DNA of 64,000 bases from the NCBI GenBank assembly GCA_051861545.1, contig JBIMKP010000004.1:41647-105646 (forward strand). Reading direction: 5' to 3'. The translations under genes and the position numbers were made by a program. Under the pieces are notes generated by a model, which saw only the letters and a program-made list of their open reading frames with translations, had not been told where the DNA came from and made no database searches. This DNA comes from Bacteroidia bacterium (GTDB lineage Bacteria > Bacteroidota > Bacteroidia > UKL13-3). Positions 41,528 to 50,409 of the stretch are shown here, piece by piece. The first letter of the stretch is position 1. Each line of letters opens with the position of its first letter.

Positions 41528-41890
41528 CTAGATTTCTCTGTTAACGCTTTCTATGCTAAAAGCAGGTATACAAACACTCCAATAATTAGCTGGTTCTTCA
41601 AAAGGATTTGAATATTTTATCCTTGCTCCAGCCTTGATTAATAAGGTTTCTCCAGCATTAAGTATTACTTCTTCCCCATCTATTTCAATTAGTTTTTTAC
41701 CGCTAATCATTATTGTAACTTCATCAAATGTGGGTGTTTGATGCGGTTCCGACCATCCATTTGGGGCAATCATGTGGGCAATACTAAATTTCGAATCGCC
41801 ACTGCTAGCCAAGCCAAAATGTTCTTCAATGGTTTTTCCATCGTTGGTTGGTACTACAAATGGATTTTGTTGTAGGATATATTTTTTCAT
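41528..41890 (-). CDS. Cupin-domain protein
   Basis: About 120 aa from MKKYILQQNPF. GWSEPHQTPTFDEVTIMISG...GETLLIKAGARIKYSNP fits the two-motif cupin barrel. Confidence 0.6.
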   Translation of the reverse strand: MKKYILQQNPFVVPTNDGKTIEEHFGLASSGDSKFSIAHMIAPNGWSEPHQTPTFDEVTIMISGKKLIEIDGEEVILNAGETLLIKAGARIKYSNPFEEPANYWSVCIPAFSIESVNREI

Positions 41891-42020
41891 CTTGTTTTTT
41901 TTATTTCCAAATAACATTAAAAAATACAATTAGTTGCCAAATCCCATGAATTAATATTCTTGCTCCAACATTTGTAGGTTTGGAATGTATCAATTGAATT
42001 TATATATTGTATTTAAATCC

Positions 42021-43064
42021 ATGAATAGAGTTACCATTAAGGACATAGCCAGATACCTCAATATCAACCCATCAACAGTATCTAGGGCATTACGAAACCA
42101 TCCTGATGTGAGCGCAAAAGTTAAGGAATCGGTGGTTCAATTAGCAGATAAACTAGGTTATAAACCCAATTTTGCTGCCATCAATTTAAGAAAAGGAAAA
42201 AGCGGTACTATAGGATTAATTATCCCTGAAATTGCTAATTATTTCTTTCCAAATGTTGTAAAAGCAGTTGAAGAAATTGTTCATGAAAGTGGTTACAATT
42301 TATTGATTCTACAATCGAATGATAGTTTAGATAGAGAAATTCAAAACGCTGAAATCTGCGCCAGACTTGGTGTTGAAGGAATTTTAATTTCTTTAACAAA
42401 AGAAAGTTCAGACATTGAGCATTTTCAGGAACTCATGTATAATGGCACTCCTATTGTATTTTTCGATAAAATTATTCATGATACAGTTGCATATAAAGTT
42501 ACAATTCCTGGAGAGCAAGCTGCTTATGATGCGGTGAATTTTTTATTGAGTAAAAACAAAAATGCCAAACGTATTGCTGGTATTTTAGGTGATGAACGCC
42601 TTTCAATTACACAAGACAGATTGAGTGGTTTTAATAGGGCTTTGCGCGAACATCAAGTAAAAGCTAGTCCAGGCCAAGTTCATTATGCCCATAATTCGTT
42701 TGAAGCTGGTGAAATTTTTGAAGAACTTTGGTCGAATCCAAAACGTCCAGATTGTATGTTTTTAATGAGTGATGAAATTTTGGAAGGTGTAATGAAAAAG
42801 GTTTATAAAATGAAACTGAACCTTCCTCATGAAATGAAAATAATTTGTATGAGTGATGGCTTTCTTCCAACCTTATACAATTTCGACTTCCCTTATATAA
42901 AAACTTCGGGTTTTGATTTAGGTAAAGCAGCGGCTGAGTTATTATTCAAACTTATGAACAATAAGCCAATGTCGACACAAACCTATTTTATTGAAACTCC
43001 CTTGGTTGATCCAGATTATATCGCACCTTTAAGAATGAGTTTAGATGCAAGCAACAAATCATGA
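42021..43064 (+). CDS. LacI-family transcriptional regulator
   Basis: HTH VTIKDIARYLNINPSTVSRALRNHPDVS plus a periplasmic-binding-protein-like effector domain. ATG 42021 preferred. Confidence 0.9.
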   Translation: MNRVTIKDIARYLNINPSTVSRALRNHPDVSAKVKESVVQLADKLGYKPNFAAINLRKGKSGTIGLIIPEIANYFFPNVVKAVEEIVHESGYNLLILQSNDSLDREIQNAEICARLGVEGILISLTKESSDIEHFQELMYNGTPIVFFDKIIHDTVAYKVTIPGEQAAYDAVNFLLSKNKNAKRIAGILGDERLSITQDRLSGFNRALREHQVKASPGQVHYAHNSFEAGEIFEELWSNPKRPDCMFLMSDEILEGVMKKVYKMKLNLPHEMKIICMSDGFLPTLYNFDFPYIKTSGFDLGKAAAELLFKLMNNKPMSTQTYFIETPLVDPDYIAPLRMSLDASNKS

Positions 43065-44055
43065 TTCAATTTATAGAATTGCTGCAATCTGGGCTTTTGC
43101 AGAATCTGGTTTAGGCGGATTAATGCATGCATTTAAAATTCCTTTTACTGGAATTTTTATTGGTGGAATGGCGGTGATTATGTTAATACTTTTAGCTCAT
43201 CAAACTTCAAGTAAAAACATTATTCAAATGACACTTTTGGTAATGTTAGTAAAGCTAATTGCTAGTCCACAAGCCCCTGCTCCTGCTTATTTAGCCGTTG
43301 CTTTTCAAGGATTTTCTGCTGCTTTAATTTTTGGAATCATTCCTCATAAAAAAATTGCAAGTCTTTTATTTTCTGTATTAGCAATGATGGAATCGGCTTT
43401 GCAAAAAATCATCATTACAACCCTTATTTATGGAAAAGCTTTTTGGGAATCAATAGATATGTTTTCTCAATCTGTACTTAAAGATATGGGAACATTCTCT
43501 GACTTTGAGTTAAGCTGGTGGCTAATTGCAAGCTATTGCGGCATTTATTTTGTTTGGGGATTTTTTCTTGGTTTTTGGGGATTATCGATTCAAAAAAGAA
43601 AAGAACAAATGGGCGTTCATCTTTCTAATTTTATAAAAGAAAATCAAATTGAACTACCTACTGAACTCGAATCAAAACATAAAAAACACAAAAACATTTT
43701 GCCTTTTATTTCAATTGGGATAATCATTGGAATGATGTCTATTTTTTATTTTATGGGATTTAAAAGTAAAGAGATTGTTTGGGTTTTAATGAGAAGTTTA
43801 TTTGCTTTACTTTTTATGATTTTCGTATTAAATCCAATCATTAAATTCTATTTAAAAAGATGGTCAGAAAAGCAATCAGATAAAAGAAAAAAAGAAATTG
43901 ACTTGGTATTAGGGCAATTGCCTTTTATTAAAGAAAATTGGTATTTATCGAAAGAAATTACACGAATTTCAAATATTGGAAACAGAAGTATTTTTAGAAC
44001 ACTAGAAACTTTTATTTTTTTGAGTTTATCTAATTATGATTCCAGCAGAAAATAG
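43045..44055 (+). CDS. Hypothetical polytopic membrane protein
   Basis: 336 aa, about 8 TM spans. Overlaps the LacI stop and the next gene's start by 20 nt each. The start codon is uncertain. Confidence 0.45.
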   Translation: MQATNHDSIYRIAAIWAFAESGLGGLMHAFKIPFTGIFIGGMAVIMLILLAHQTSSKNIIQMTLLVMLVKLIASPQAPAPAYLAVAFQGFSAALIFGIIPHKKIASLLFSVLAMMESALQKIIITTLIYGKAFWESIDMFSQSVLKDMGTFSDFELSWWLIASYCGIYFVWGFFLGFWGLSIQKRKEQMGVHLSNFIKENQIELPTELESKHKKHKNILPFISIGIIIGMMSIFYFMGFKSKEIVWVLMRSLFALLFMIFVLNPIIKFYLKRWSEKQSDKRKKEIDLVLGQLPFIKENWYLSKEITRISNIGNRSIFRTLETFIFLSLSNYDSSRK

Positions 44056-45103
44056 AATTATTATTTTAAGTGATGATATAAGAACTGGAAAATCAATTGC
44101 TTTATCCAATTGGCTGAAAAACATCCGTTCTAAGGGTGGATTTCTAACGCCAGATATTGATAATAAAAGGAAGTTACTGAGTCTAAATACAGGAATTTAT
44201 CACAATTTTGAAGTTGAAGAAACAGCAGTTGATAAGGTCTCAATTGGCCGTTTTCATTTTTCAAAAAAGGTTATGGATGATGCTGCTGAGGAAGTATTAT
44301 ACATTATTGATAAAGGCGTTCAGTATTTAATAATTGATGAAATTGGTAGACTTGAAATTGAATCAAATTTGGGCTTCTTCCCTATTTTAAATGAGCTAAT
44401 TTCAAGTTATCAAAAACCAGGATTGGGTTATTTAATATTAGTAATTCGACAATCACTTTTACAAAAAGGAATTGAAAAATTTCATCTTCAAAATGCCAAA
44501 ATATTAAACTTAAATGAGTTTAATTCTGCCATTCAAAGCCAAGGTTTAGTTTTAGCTGGTGGAGAATCTAGTCGTATGGGAATCTCAAAAGGTTTAATTA
44601 ATTACCACGGGCTTAATCAACAAGATTTTTTATACAAAGAATTATCAAAACATTGTGAAAAGGTATACTTGAGTTTGAAACAAAATACTTTTGAAAACAA
44701 TCCTAGTAATTTACCAAGCATAATCGATAATCCTCTATTTGCTGATAAAGGCCCAATGTCGGCTTTGATTAGTGCTATACTAGAAAATCCATTAGCTAAT
44801 TGGTATGTTTTAGCCTGCGATTATCCCTATTTAAAATGCAGAGATATTGAGTTTTTATACAAGTTTTTTATTAATTCTGAAGCAAGTGTTTGTTTTGGAA
44901 AAGATAAAACATACGAGCCTTTATTGGCAATTTATCACAACAATGATTTTAATACTTTATGGAAAATGTTTAGTAAAGGAAATGAATCATTAAAGAAATT
45001 TCAAGATACTATAAAACCTAAAGTTTTAATGCCAATTCATGATGATATTTTAATAAGTGTGGATACCCCAGAACAAATGAATGAAGCTAAATTGAAATTA
45101 TGA
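44036..45103 (+). CDS. mobA: Fusion of a P-loop NTPase-like domain with molybdenum cofactor guanylyltransferase (MobA-like)
   Basis: N-terminal DDIRTGKS (Walker A-like) and YLIIDEIGRLE (Walker B-like). C-terminal half has GLVLAGGESSRMG, the MobA signature. Confidence 0.65.
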   Translation: MIPAENRIIILSDDIRTGKSIALSNWLKNIRSKGGFLTPDIDNKRKLLSLNTGIYHNFEVEETAVDKVSIGRFHFSKKVMDDAAEEVLYIIDKGVQYLIIDEIGRLEIESNLGFFPILNELISSYQKPGLGYLILVIRQSLLQKGIEKFHLQNAKILNLNEFNSAIQSQGLVLAGGESSRMGISKGLINYHGLNQQDFLYKELSKHCEKVYLSLKQNTFENNPSNLPSIIDNPLFADKGPMSALISAILENPLANWYVLACDYPYLKCRDIEFLYKFFINSEASVCFGKDKTYEPLLAIYHNNDFNTLWKMFSKGNESLKKFQDTIKPKVLMPIHDDILISVDTPEQMNEAKLKL

Positions 45104-45933
45104 AAAACAGTGGTGTTAAAGTTTTTTCGATTAAATCGTATAAAGAGCAAAATGCTGATAGTAAAGATGACTTATTAGTTGTTGAAGAGCCTTTAGAGAT
45201 AAGACTAAGATATGGCTTAATTAACGATAGAAAAGAAATGAACTTGGCTATTACTATGCGCACGCCAGGCCACGACTTTGAATTGGTTCGAGGTTTTTTG
45301 TTTAGTGAAGGAATTATTCATAAAGTAAATGACATTATCAGTATTAAATATTGTATAAATACCAAAGAGGAAGAAGAAAATAATATTGTTAAAGTTGAAC
45401 TTTCTGAAACTGTATTATTGGATGAAAAGTTATTTAAAAGAAATTTTTATATTAGTTCTAGTTGCGGTGTTTGCGGGAAATCAAGTATAGAATCTGTAAT
45501 GGATTCTTGTAATATAAAAGTTGATTCTAATACCAAATTTAAAGCTTCTACCCTCTTATTATTGCCTGATGCATTAAGGAATGAACAAATAAGTTTTAAA
45601 TATACTGGAGGCTTACATGCATCAGCTTTATTTGATGAAAATGCGAAGATTATTTTATTAAGGGAAGATGTAGGTAGGCATAATGCATTAGACAAAGTTA
45701 TTGGAGCTAGTTTAGGGAATTCTTTAATAAATTATGGCTTAATTTTAAGTGGTCGCATTAGCTTCGAACTTATGCAGAAAGCGGCCATGGCGGGAATTCA
45801 ATTGGTTTGTGCAATTGGAGCTCCATCGAGCTTAGCAGTCGAAATGGCCAAAGAGTTTAATATCACATTAATTGGTTTTCTTAAATCAGATAGAATGAAT
45901 ATTTATGCTGGAGAAGAACGAATTATCTATTAA
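45100..45933 (+). CDS. fdhD: Formate dehydrogenase accessory sulfurtransferase FdhD
   Basis: SSCGVCGKSSIE, GGLHASALF and EDVGRHNALDKVIG. ATGA overlap with the upstream gene. Confidence 0.85.
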   Translation: MKNSGVKVFSIKSYKEQNADSKDDLLVVEEPLEIRLRYGLINDRKEMNLAITMRTPGHDFELVRGFLFSEGIIHKVNDIISIKYCINTKEEEENNIVKVELSETVLLDEKLFKRNFYISSSCGVCGKSSIESVMDSCNIKVDSNTKFKASTLLLLPDALRNEQISFKYTGGLHASALFDENAKIILLREDVGRHNALDKVIGASLGNSLINYGLILSGRISFELMQKAAMAGIQLVCAIGAPSSLAVEMAKEFNITLIGFLKSDRMNIYAGEERIIY

Positions 45934-45950
45934 GAAAAAAGCAAAACATA

Positions 45951-46694
45951 TGAACCTTTATGGTTCATGAAATTGAGCTAATTAGATTGTTTATTAAACC
46001 AATTAAAATCAAACTTCAAACCCAAAATCTAACGACTCAGAAGGAGTCGTATGTTTATAGCAATCTCCCGATGAATTGGTGCGACCCTGAAGGGGTCGAA
46101 TTGCATTTTGCAGGAATGTTGCTATAAACATGTGAACCTTTCTGGTTCAGAAGATTTTGCTAAATTAGTTGCTTGTTGAAAAATATCAAATTCATGTTTC
46201 AAAATAGAAAACGCACGACTCAGAAGGAGTCGCATGTTTATAGCAATCTCCCGATGAATTAGTGCGACCCTGAAGGGGTCGAATTGCATTTTGCAGGAAT
46301 GTTGCTATAAACATGTGAACCTTTCTGGTTCAGAAGATTTTGCTAAATTAGTTGCTTGTTGAAAAATATCAAATTCATGTTTCAAAATAGAAAACGCACG
46401 ACTCAGAAGGAGTCGCATGTTTATAGCAATCTCCCGATGAATTGGTGCGACCCTGAAGGGGTCGAATTGCTTCCTCATGAATGTTTCTATAGACATGTGA
46501 ACCTTTCTGGTTCAGAATACTGAGCAAATTCTATCGTTAATTTATACCAATTAAAATCAAGTTTTATAACGAAATCTCACGACTCTGAAGGAGCCGTATG
46601 TTTATAGAAATACTCTCAAAAAATATGCGACCCTGAAGGGGTCGAATTGTGTCCTCATGAATGTTTCTATAAACATGTGAACCTTTCTGGTTCA
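45951..46694. repeat. Array of structured repeats: 4 units with 183/183/181-bp period plus a leading partial unit
   Basis: The acgactc(a/t)gaagga anchor recurs at 46032, 46215, 46398 and 46579. Each unit holds hairpins cgactc-agaag-gagtcg, cgaccc-tgaag-gggtcg and tgaacc-tttct-ggttca, and the inverted pair atgtttatagcaa/ttgctataaacat. Confidence 0.92.
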
Positions 46695-46729
46695 TTAAAT
46701 TCAAAAATTCTTAAACAATCAAGTTTAAA

Positions 46730-47191
46730 TCAATCATACCATTCAAATAAATATTCATCTTTAAAATCAATATTAAACTTACTAAGAAATTCAATATATT
46801 CTGATTTAAAGGACTTTTTCATATGATGCGCTTTTTGATTATTAATATATTTTATAACTGCTTCTAAAGCAGATTGATTGTAAGAAAAAGCACCAAAACC
46901 TTCCTGCCATGAAAATTTATATTTTGAAAAACTTCTTTCATTAATAAACACATTTGAGGATTTTTTTATTTCTCTAATTAAATCTGATAAACAACATGAT
47001 GGCTTCATTCCAATCAATATATGTATATGATCAGGCATACCATTTATAGCTAATATTTTTTGATTTTTATTTTCGACAATACCTGTGATATATTTATAAA
47101 GGTCTTCTTCCCAACTCTCATTTATTAAAGATTGTCGACCTTTTACAGCGAAAATAATTTGAATATATATTTGTGAATACGAACCCGGCAT
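46730..47191 (-). CDS. IS200/RAYT-type Y1 (HUH) tyrosine transposase, 153 aa
   Basis: HUH motif MPDHIHILIG; catalytic-Tyr context AVIKYINNQKAHH; size and N-terminus (YSQIYIQIIFAVKGR) are typical of the Y1_Tnp fold. Confidence 0.85.
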   Translation of the reverse strand: MPGSYSQIYIQIIFAVKGRQSLINESWEEDLYKYITGIVENKNQKILAINGMPDHIHILIGMKPSCCLSDLIREIKKSSNVFINERSFSKYKFSWQEGFGAFSYNQSALEAVIKYINNQKAHHMKKSFKSEYIEFLSKFNIDFKDEYLFEWYD

Positions 47192-47315
47192 ATTCTCAAA
47201 AGTCTATTGAATATTTTATAAAACAATGACATGTAATAAAATTTAAGGCTTACCTAAATAACATTAATAGTTTCCTTAAAAATTGCATTTTTTACAAAAA
47301 AATTAAAAATTTTAT

Positions 47316-47540
47316 GCAACCACCTTCGGTGTCGAATTTCATACTTATGAATATCTCTATAAACATGTGAACCTTTCTGGCTCAACAGATTGCGCAAATT
47401 CTATCCTTAATTTATACCAATTAAAATCAAGTTTTATAACGATATCTCATGACTATGAAAGAGTCGAATGCTTATAGGCCAACCTCGTTGAAGATAAGAC
47501 CCTGAAATGGTTGTATTGTATTCTCATGAATGCTTATAAT
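47316..47540. repeat. Decayed copy of the same repeat unit, same orientation, on the other side of the transposase gene
   Basis: gcaaccaccttcggtgtcgaatt...ctctataaacatgtgaacctttctggctca...atttataccaattaaaatcaagttttataacgatatctcatgactatgaaagagtcg...aagaccctgaaatggttg is collinear with 46448-46670. Confidence 0.8.
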
Positions 47541-47578
47541 TTGGCAAATCATATGATTTAACAATTCTAAAAACAAAA

Positions 47579-47604
47579 ATGCCGCTCCAAAATTGAAGCG
47601 GCAT
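47579..47604 (-). terminator. Bidirectional Rho-independent terminator downstream of gyrA
   Basis: atgccgct-ccaaaattga-agcggcat flanked by an A-run and a T-run. Confidence 0.7.
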
Positions 47605-47627
47605 TTTTTTTATTTTAAACCAATCAA

Positions 47628-50207
47628 CTATTCTGTTGGTGGTGTTTCATCTTCTGGAGTTGTTTCTTCTGGAGAAACTTCTGCATTGTCTTCAGGAATA
47701 TCTATTGTTAAATCAATTGGTCCATCAATTATAGTTCCATCATCTTCTAACAATTCATCTTCTTCACCTTCAATTACATCAATTTTAGCAACTGATGCAA
47801 TCTCGTCTTTTCCACCAATATTAATCAACCTAACACCTTGAGTTACGCGACCCAATACTCTTAAGTCTTTCATGGCTAAACGAATGGTAATACCTGACTT
47901 ATTGATAATCATGATATCGTTGCTATCATCCACATCTTTAATAGCTACCAATTTACCAGTTTTATCAGTAATATTCATAGCACGAACACCTTTACCACCA
48001 CGATTGGTAATACGGTACTCTTCTACCTCAGAACGTTTACCCATTCCATTTTCACTAACTACCAAAACATTGGTTGTAGCAGGATCGGCAATAGAAACCA
48101 TTCCAATAACTTCATCACCTTCATCTAAACGTATTGCTCTAACACCAGTGGCATTTCTACCCATCGGACGAACTGTACTTTCGTTAAAACGAATTGCTTT
48201 TCCTAATCTTGAAGCAATAATGATTTCGCTGGTACCACTGGTTAATCTGGCTTCAACCAAATGATCGCCTTCTCTAACTGTGATTGCATTAATACCATTT
48301 GCTCTTGGGCGACTATATGCTTCCAATGTTGTTTTTTTGATAGTACCTTGTTGGGTTACCATAATTACATTGGCTTGGTTGATATATTCTTGGTCGTTAA
48401 GGTTTTTAACATTCAAGAATGCTTTCACTTTATCATCAGCAGGCATATTGATAAGGTTTTGAATTGCTCTACCTTTAGAAGTTTTTTCTCCTTCTGGAAT
48501 TTCAAAAATCCTCAACCAGAAACATCTTCCTTGTTCTGTAAATAATAACAAGAAATTATGGTTGGTTGCCATGAAAATGTATTCTACAAAATCTTCTTGA
48601 CGTTTAGCAACGCCTCGGCTTCCTCTTCCACCGCGGTTTTGTGTGCGGTATTCGCTTAATGAAGTTCTTTTAACATAACCCAAATGTGAAATGGTAATAA
48701 CCACGTCATCATCTGGAATAAGGTCTTCCATGCTCATTTCGTTTCCACTCATTTCAATAATTGAACGACGAGCATCAGCATATTTTTCCTTCATTTCAAG
48801 TAACTCATCCTTGATAATTTTCATTCTGATAGATTCATCAGCAAGAATTTCTCTTAAATGAGTAATGAATTTCATTAATTCAGCATATTCAGCGCGTATT
48901 TTATCTCTTTCAAGTCCGGTTAAACGCTGTAATCTCATATCTAAAATAGCTTTCGCTTGAATTTCAGATAATTTGAAGTTTTCCATTAATCCTGATTTTG
49001 CATCATCTGGATTAACACTTTTTCTAATTAATGCAATAACTTCATCTAAATGATCTAATGCAATTAATAAACCTTCTAAAATATGAGCTCTTTTTAAAGC
49101 CTCATCCAATTCATATTGAGTTCTTCTAACTACAACTTCATGTCTATGTTCAACATAAAATTTAATTAAACCTAATAAGTTTAATGTTTCTGGTCTTCCT
49201 TTTACCAAACAAACATTATTAATATTAAACGAAGTTTGTAATTGAGTGTATTTATATAATTTGTTTAAAATTACATTTGGAACTGCTTCACGTTTTAAAT
49301 CGTAAACAATACGCATTCCATCTCTATCACTCTCATCTCTGATATCAGAAATTCCTTCAATTACTTTTTCATTGATTAACTCTGCAGTTCTTTCAATTAA
49401 GCTTGATTTATTTACTTGATAAGGAATTTCAGAAACTATGATTTGGTTTTTACCAGTTGCAGAAGTTTCAAAATTAGCTTTAGCACGCATCACTATTCGT
49501 CCGCGACCAGTTTCAAAAGCTTCTTTTACACCCTCGTAACCATAAATTGTACCACCTGTAGGAAAATCTGGTGCCTTCACGTACTTCATTAAATCGGCAA
49601 CTGTAACATTATTATTATCAATATATGCTACTACACCATCAATAACCTCACCTAAGTTATGCGGAGCCATATTTGTGGCCATACCAACAGCAATACCAGA
49701 AGCGCCATTCACTAATAAATTAGGAATTTTTGCTGGCATTACAGTAGGTTCTTGCAAACTATCGTCGAAATTGGGACGAAAATCAACTGTATTCTTCTCT
49801 AAATCAACCAATAACTCTTCAGCAATTTTTCTCAATCTTGCTTCGGTATAACGCATAGCAGCAGGAGGATCACCATCCACCGAACCAAAGTTTCCTTGGC
49901 CATCAACCAGCATATAACGCATATTCCACTCTTGTGCCATCCTAACCATGGTATCATAAACCGATGAATCACCATGTGGGTGGTACTTTCCTAATACCTC
50001 TCCAACAATTCTCGCTGATTTTTTGTAAGGCCTGTTCGATGCCAGACCCAATTCTGTCATACCATACAAAACCCTTCTATGCACGGGTTTTAATCCATCT
50101 CTCACATCCGGTAAAGCCCGGCTTACAATAACCGACATCGAATAATCGATGTAGGCGGTCTTCATTTCATCCTCAATGTTAATCGGAATAATTCTGTCTT
50201 CTGCCAT
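47628..50207 (-). CDS. gyrA: DNA gyrase subunit A
   Basis: [17 protein letters not shown] and [10 protein letters not shown] (active-site Tyr); C-terminal beta-pinwheel repeats; acidic tail. Confidence 0.97.
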   Translation of the reverse strand: MAEDRIIPINIEDEMKTAYIDYSMSVIVSRALPDVRDGLKPVHRRVLYGMTELGLASNRPYKKSARIVGEVLGKYHPHGDSSVYDTMVRMAQEWNMRYMLVDGQGNFGSVDGDPPAAMRYTEARLRKIAEELLVDLEKNTVDFRPNFDDSLQEPTVMPAKIPNLLVNGASGIAVGMATNMAPHNLGEVIDGVVAYIDNNNVTVADLMKYVKAPDFPTGGTIYGYEGVKEAFETGRGRIVMRAKANFETSATGKNQIIVSEIPYQVNKSSLIERTAELINEKVIEGISDIRDESDRDGMRIVYDLKREAVPNVILNKLYKYTQLQTSFNINNVCLVKGRPETLNLLGLIKFYVEHRHEVVVRRTQYELDEALKRAHILEGLLIALDHLDEVIALIRKSVNPDDAKSGLMENFKLSEIQAKAILDMRLQRLTGLERDKIRAEYAELMKFITHLREILADESIRMKIIKDELLEMKEKYADARRSIIEMSGNEMSMEDLIPDDDVVITISHLGYVKRTSLSEYRTQNRGGRGSRGVAKRQEDFVEYIFMATNHNFLLLFTEQGRCFWLRIFEIPEGEKTSKGRAIQNLINMPADDKVKAFLNVKNLNDQEYINQANVIMVTQQGTIKKTTLEAYSRPRANGINAITVREGDHLVEARLTSGTSEIIIASRLGKAIRFNESTVRPMGRNATGVRAIRLDEGDEVIGMVSIADPATTNVLVVSENGMGKRSEVEEYRITNRGGKGVRAMNITDKTGKLVAIKDVDDSNDIMIINKSGITIRLAMKDLRVLGRVTQGVRLINIGGKDEIASVAKIDVIEGEEDELLEDDGTIIDGPIDLTIDIPEDNAEVSPEETTPEDETPPTE

Positions 50208-50409
50208 TATTTAGGTTTTATTTTATCATTTAGCTCAAAAAAGGTTTTAGTAGTACCCTGATACCATTTGTAGAGCCAAAATCAAAGCAACGCAAAATAG
50301 GCAATTAAAATGAGCTTTTAAGCTGAAAATACCCACATGAAAAATAGTTTTTGTGGAAAAATAGAGAGCTAAATTTTATCTAATTATTAAATGGATATTA
50401 ATAATTGAA

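Noticed and set aside
46305-46496. 63-aa minus-strand ORF from the track
   Set aside because: It lies entirely within the repeat units, so its reading frame is a by-product of the repeats. It has no start context or coding signature.
45951-46694. CRISPR array interpretation of the ~183-bp periodic repeats
   Set aside because: The period is far too long. The 'spacers' are themselves repeated (class A twice, class B three times). The conserved part is about 118 bp with several hairpins. No cas genes are present.
47593-48545. Plus-strand ORFs 47593..47841, 47872..48264, 48261..48545 and 48280..48462
   Set aside because: They are antisense to the clearly real gyrA gene. Their low-complexity S/I/L-rich translations are typical of shadow ORFs.
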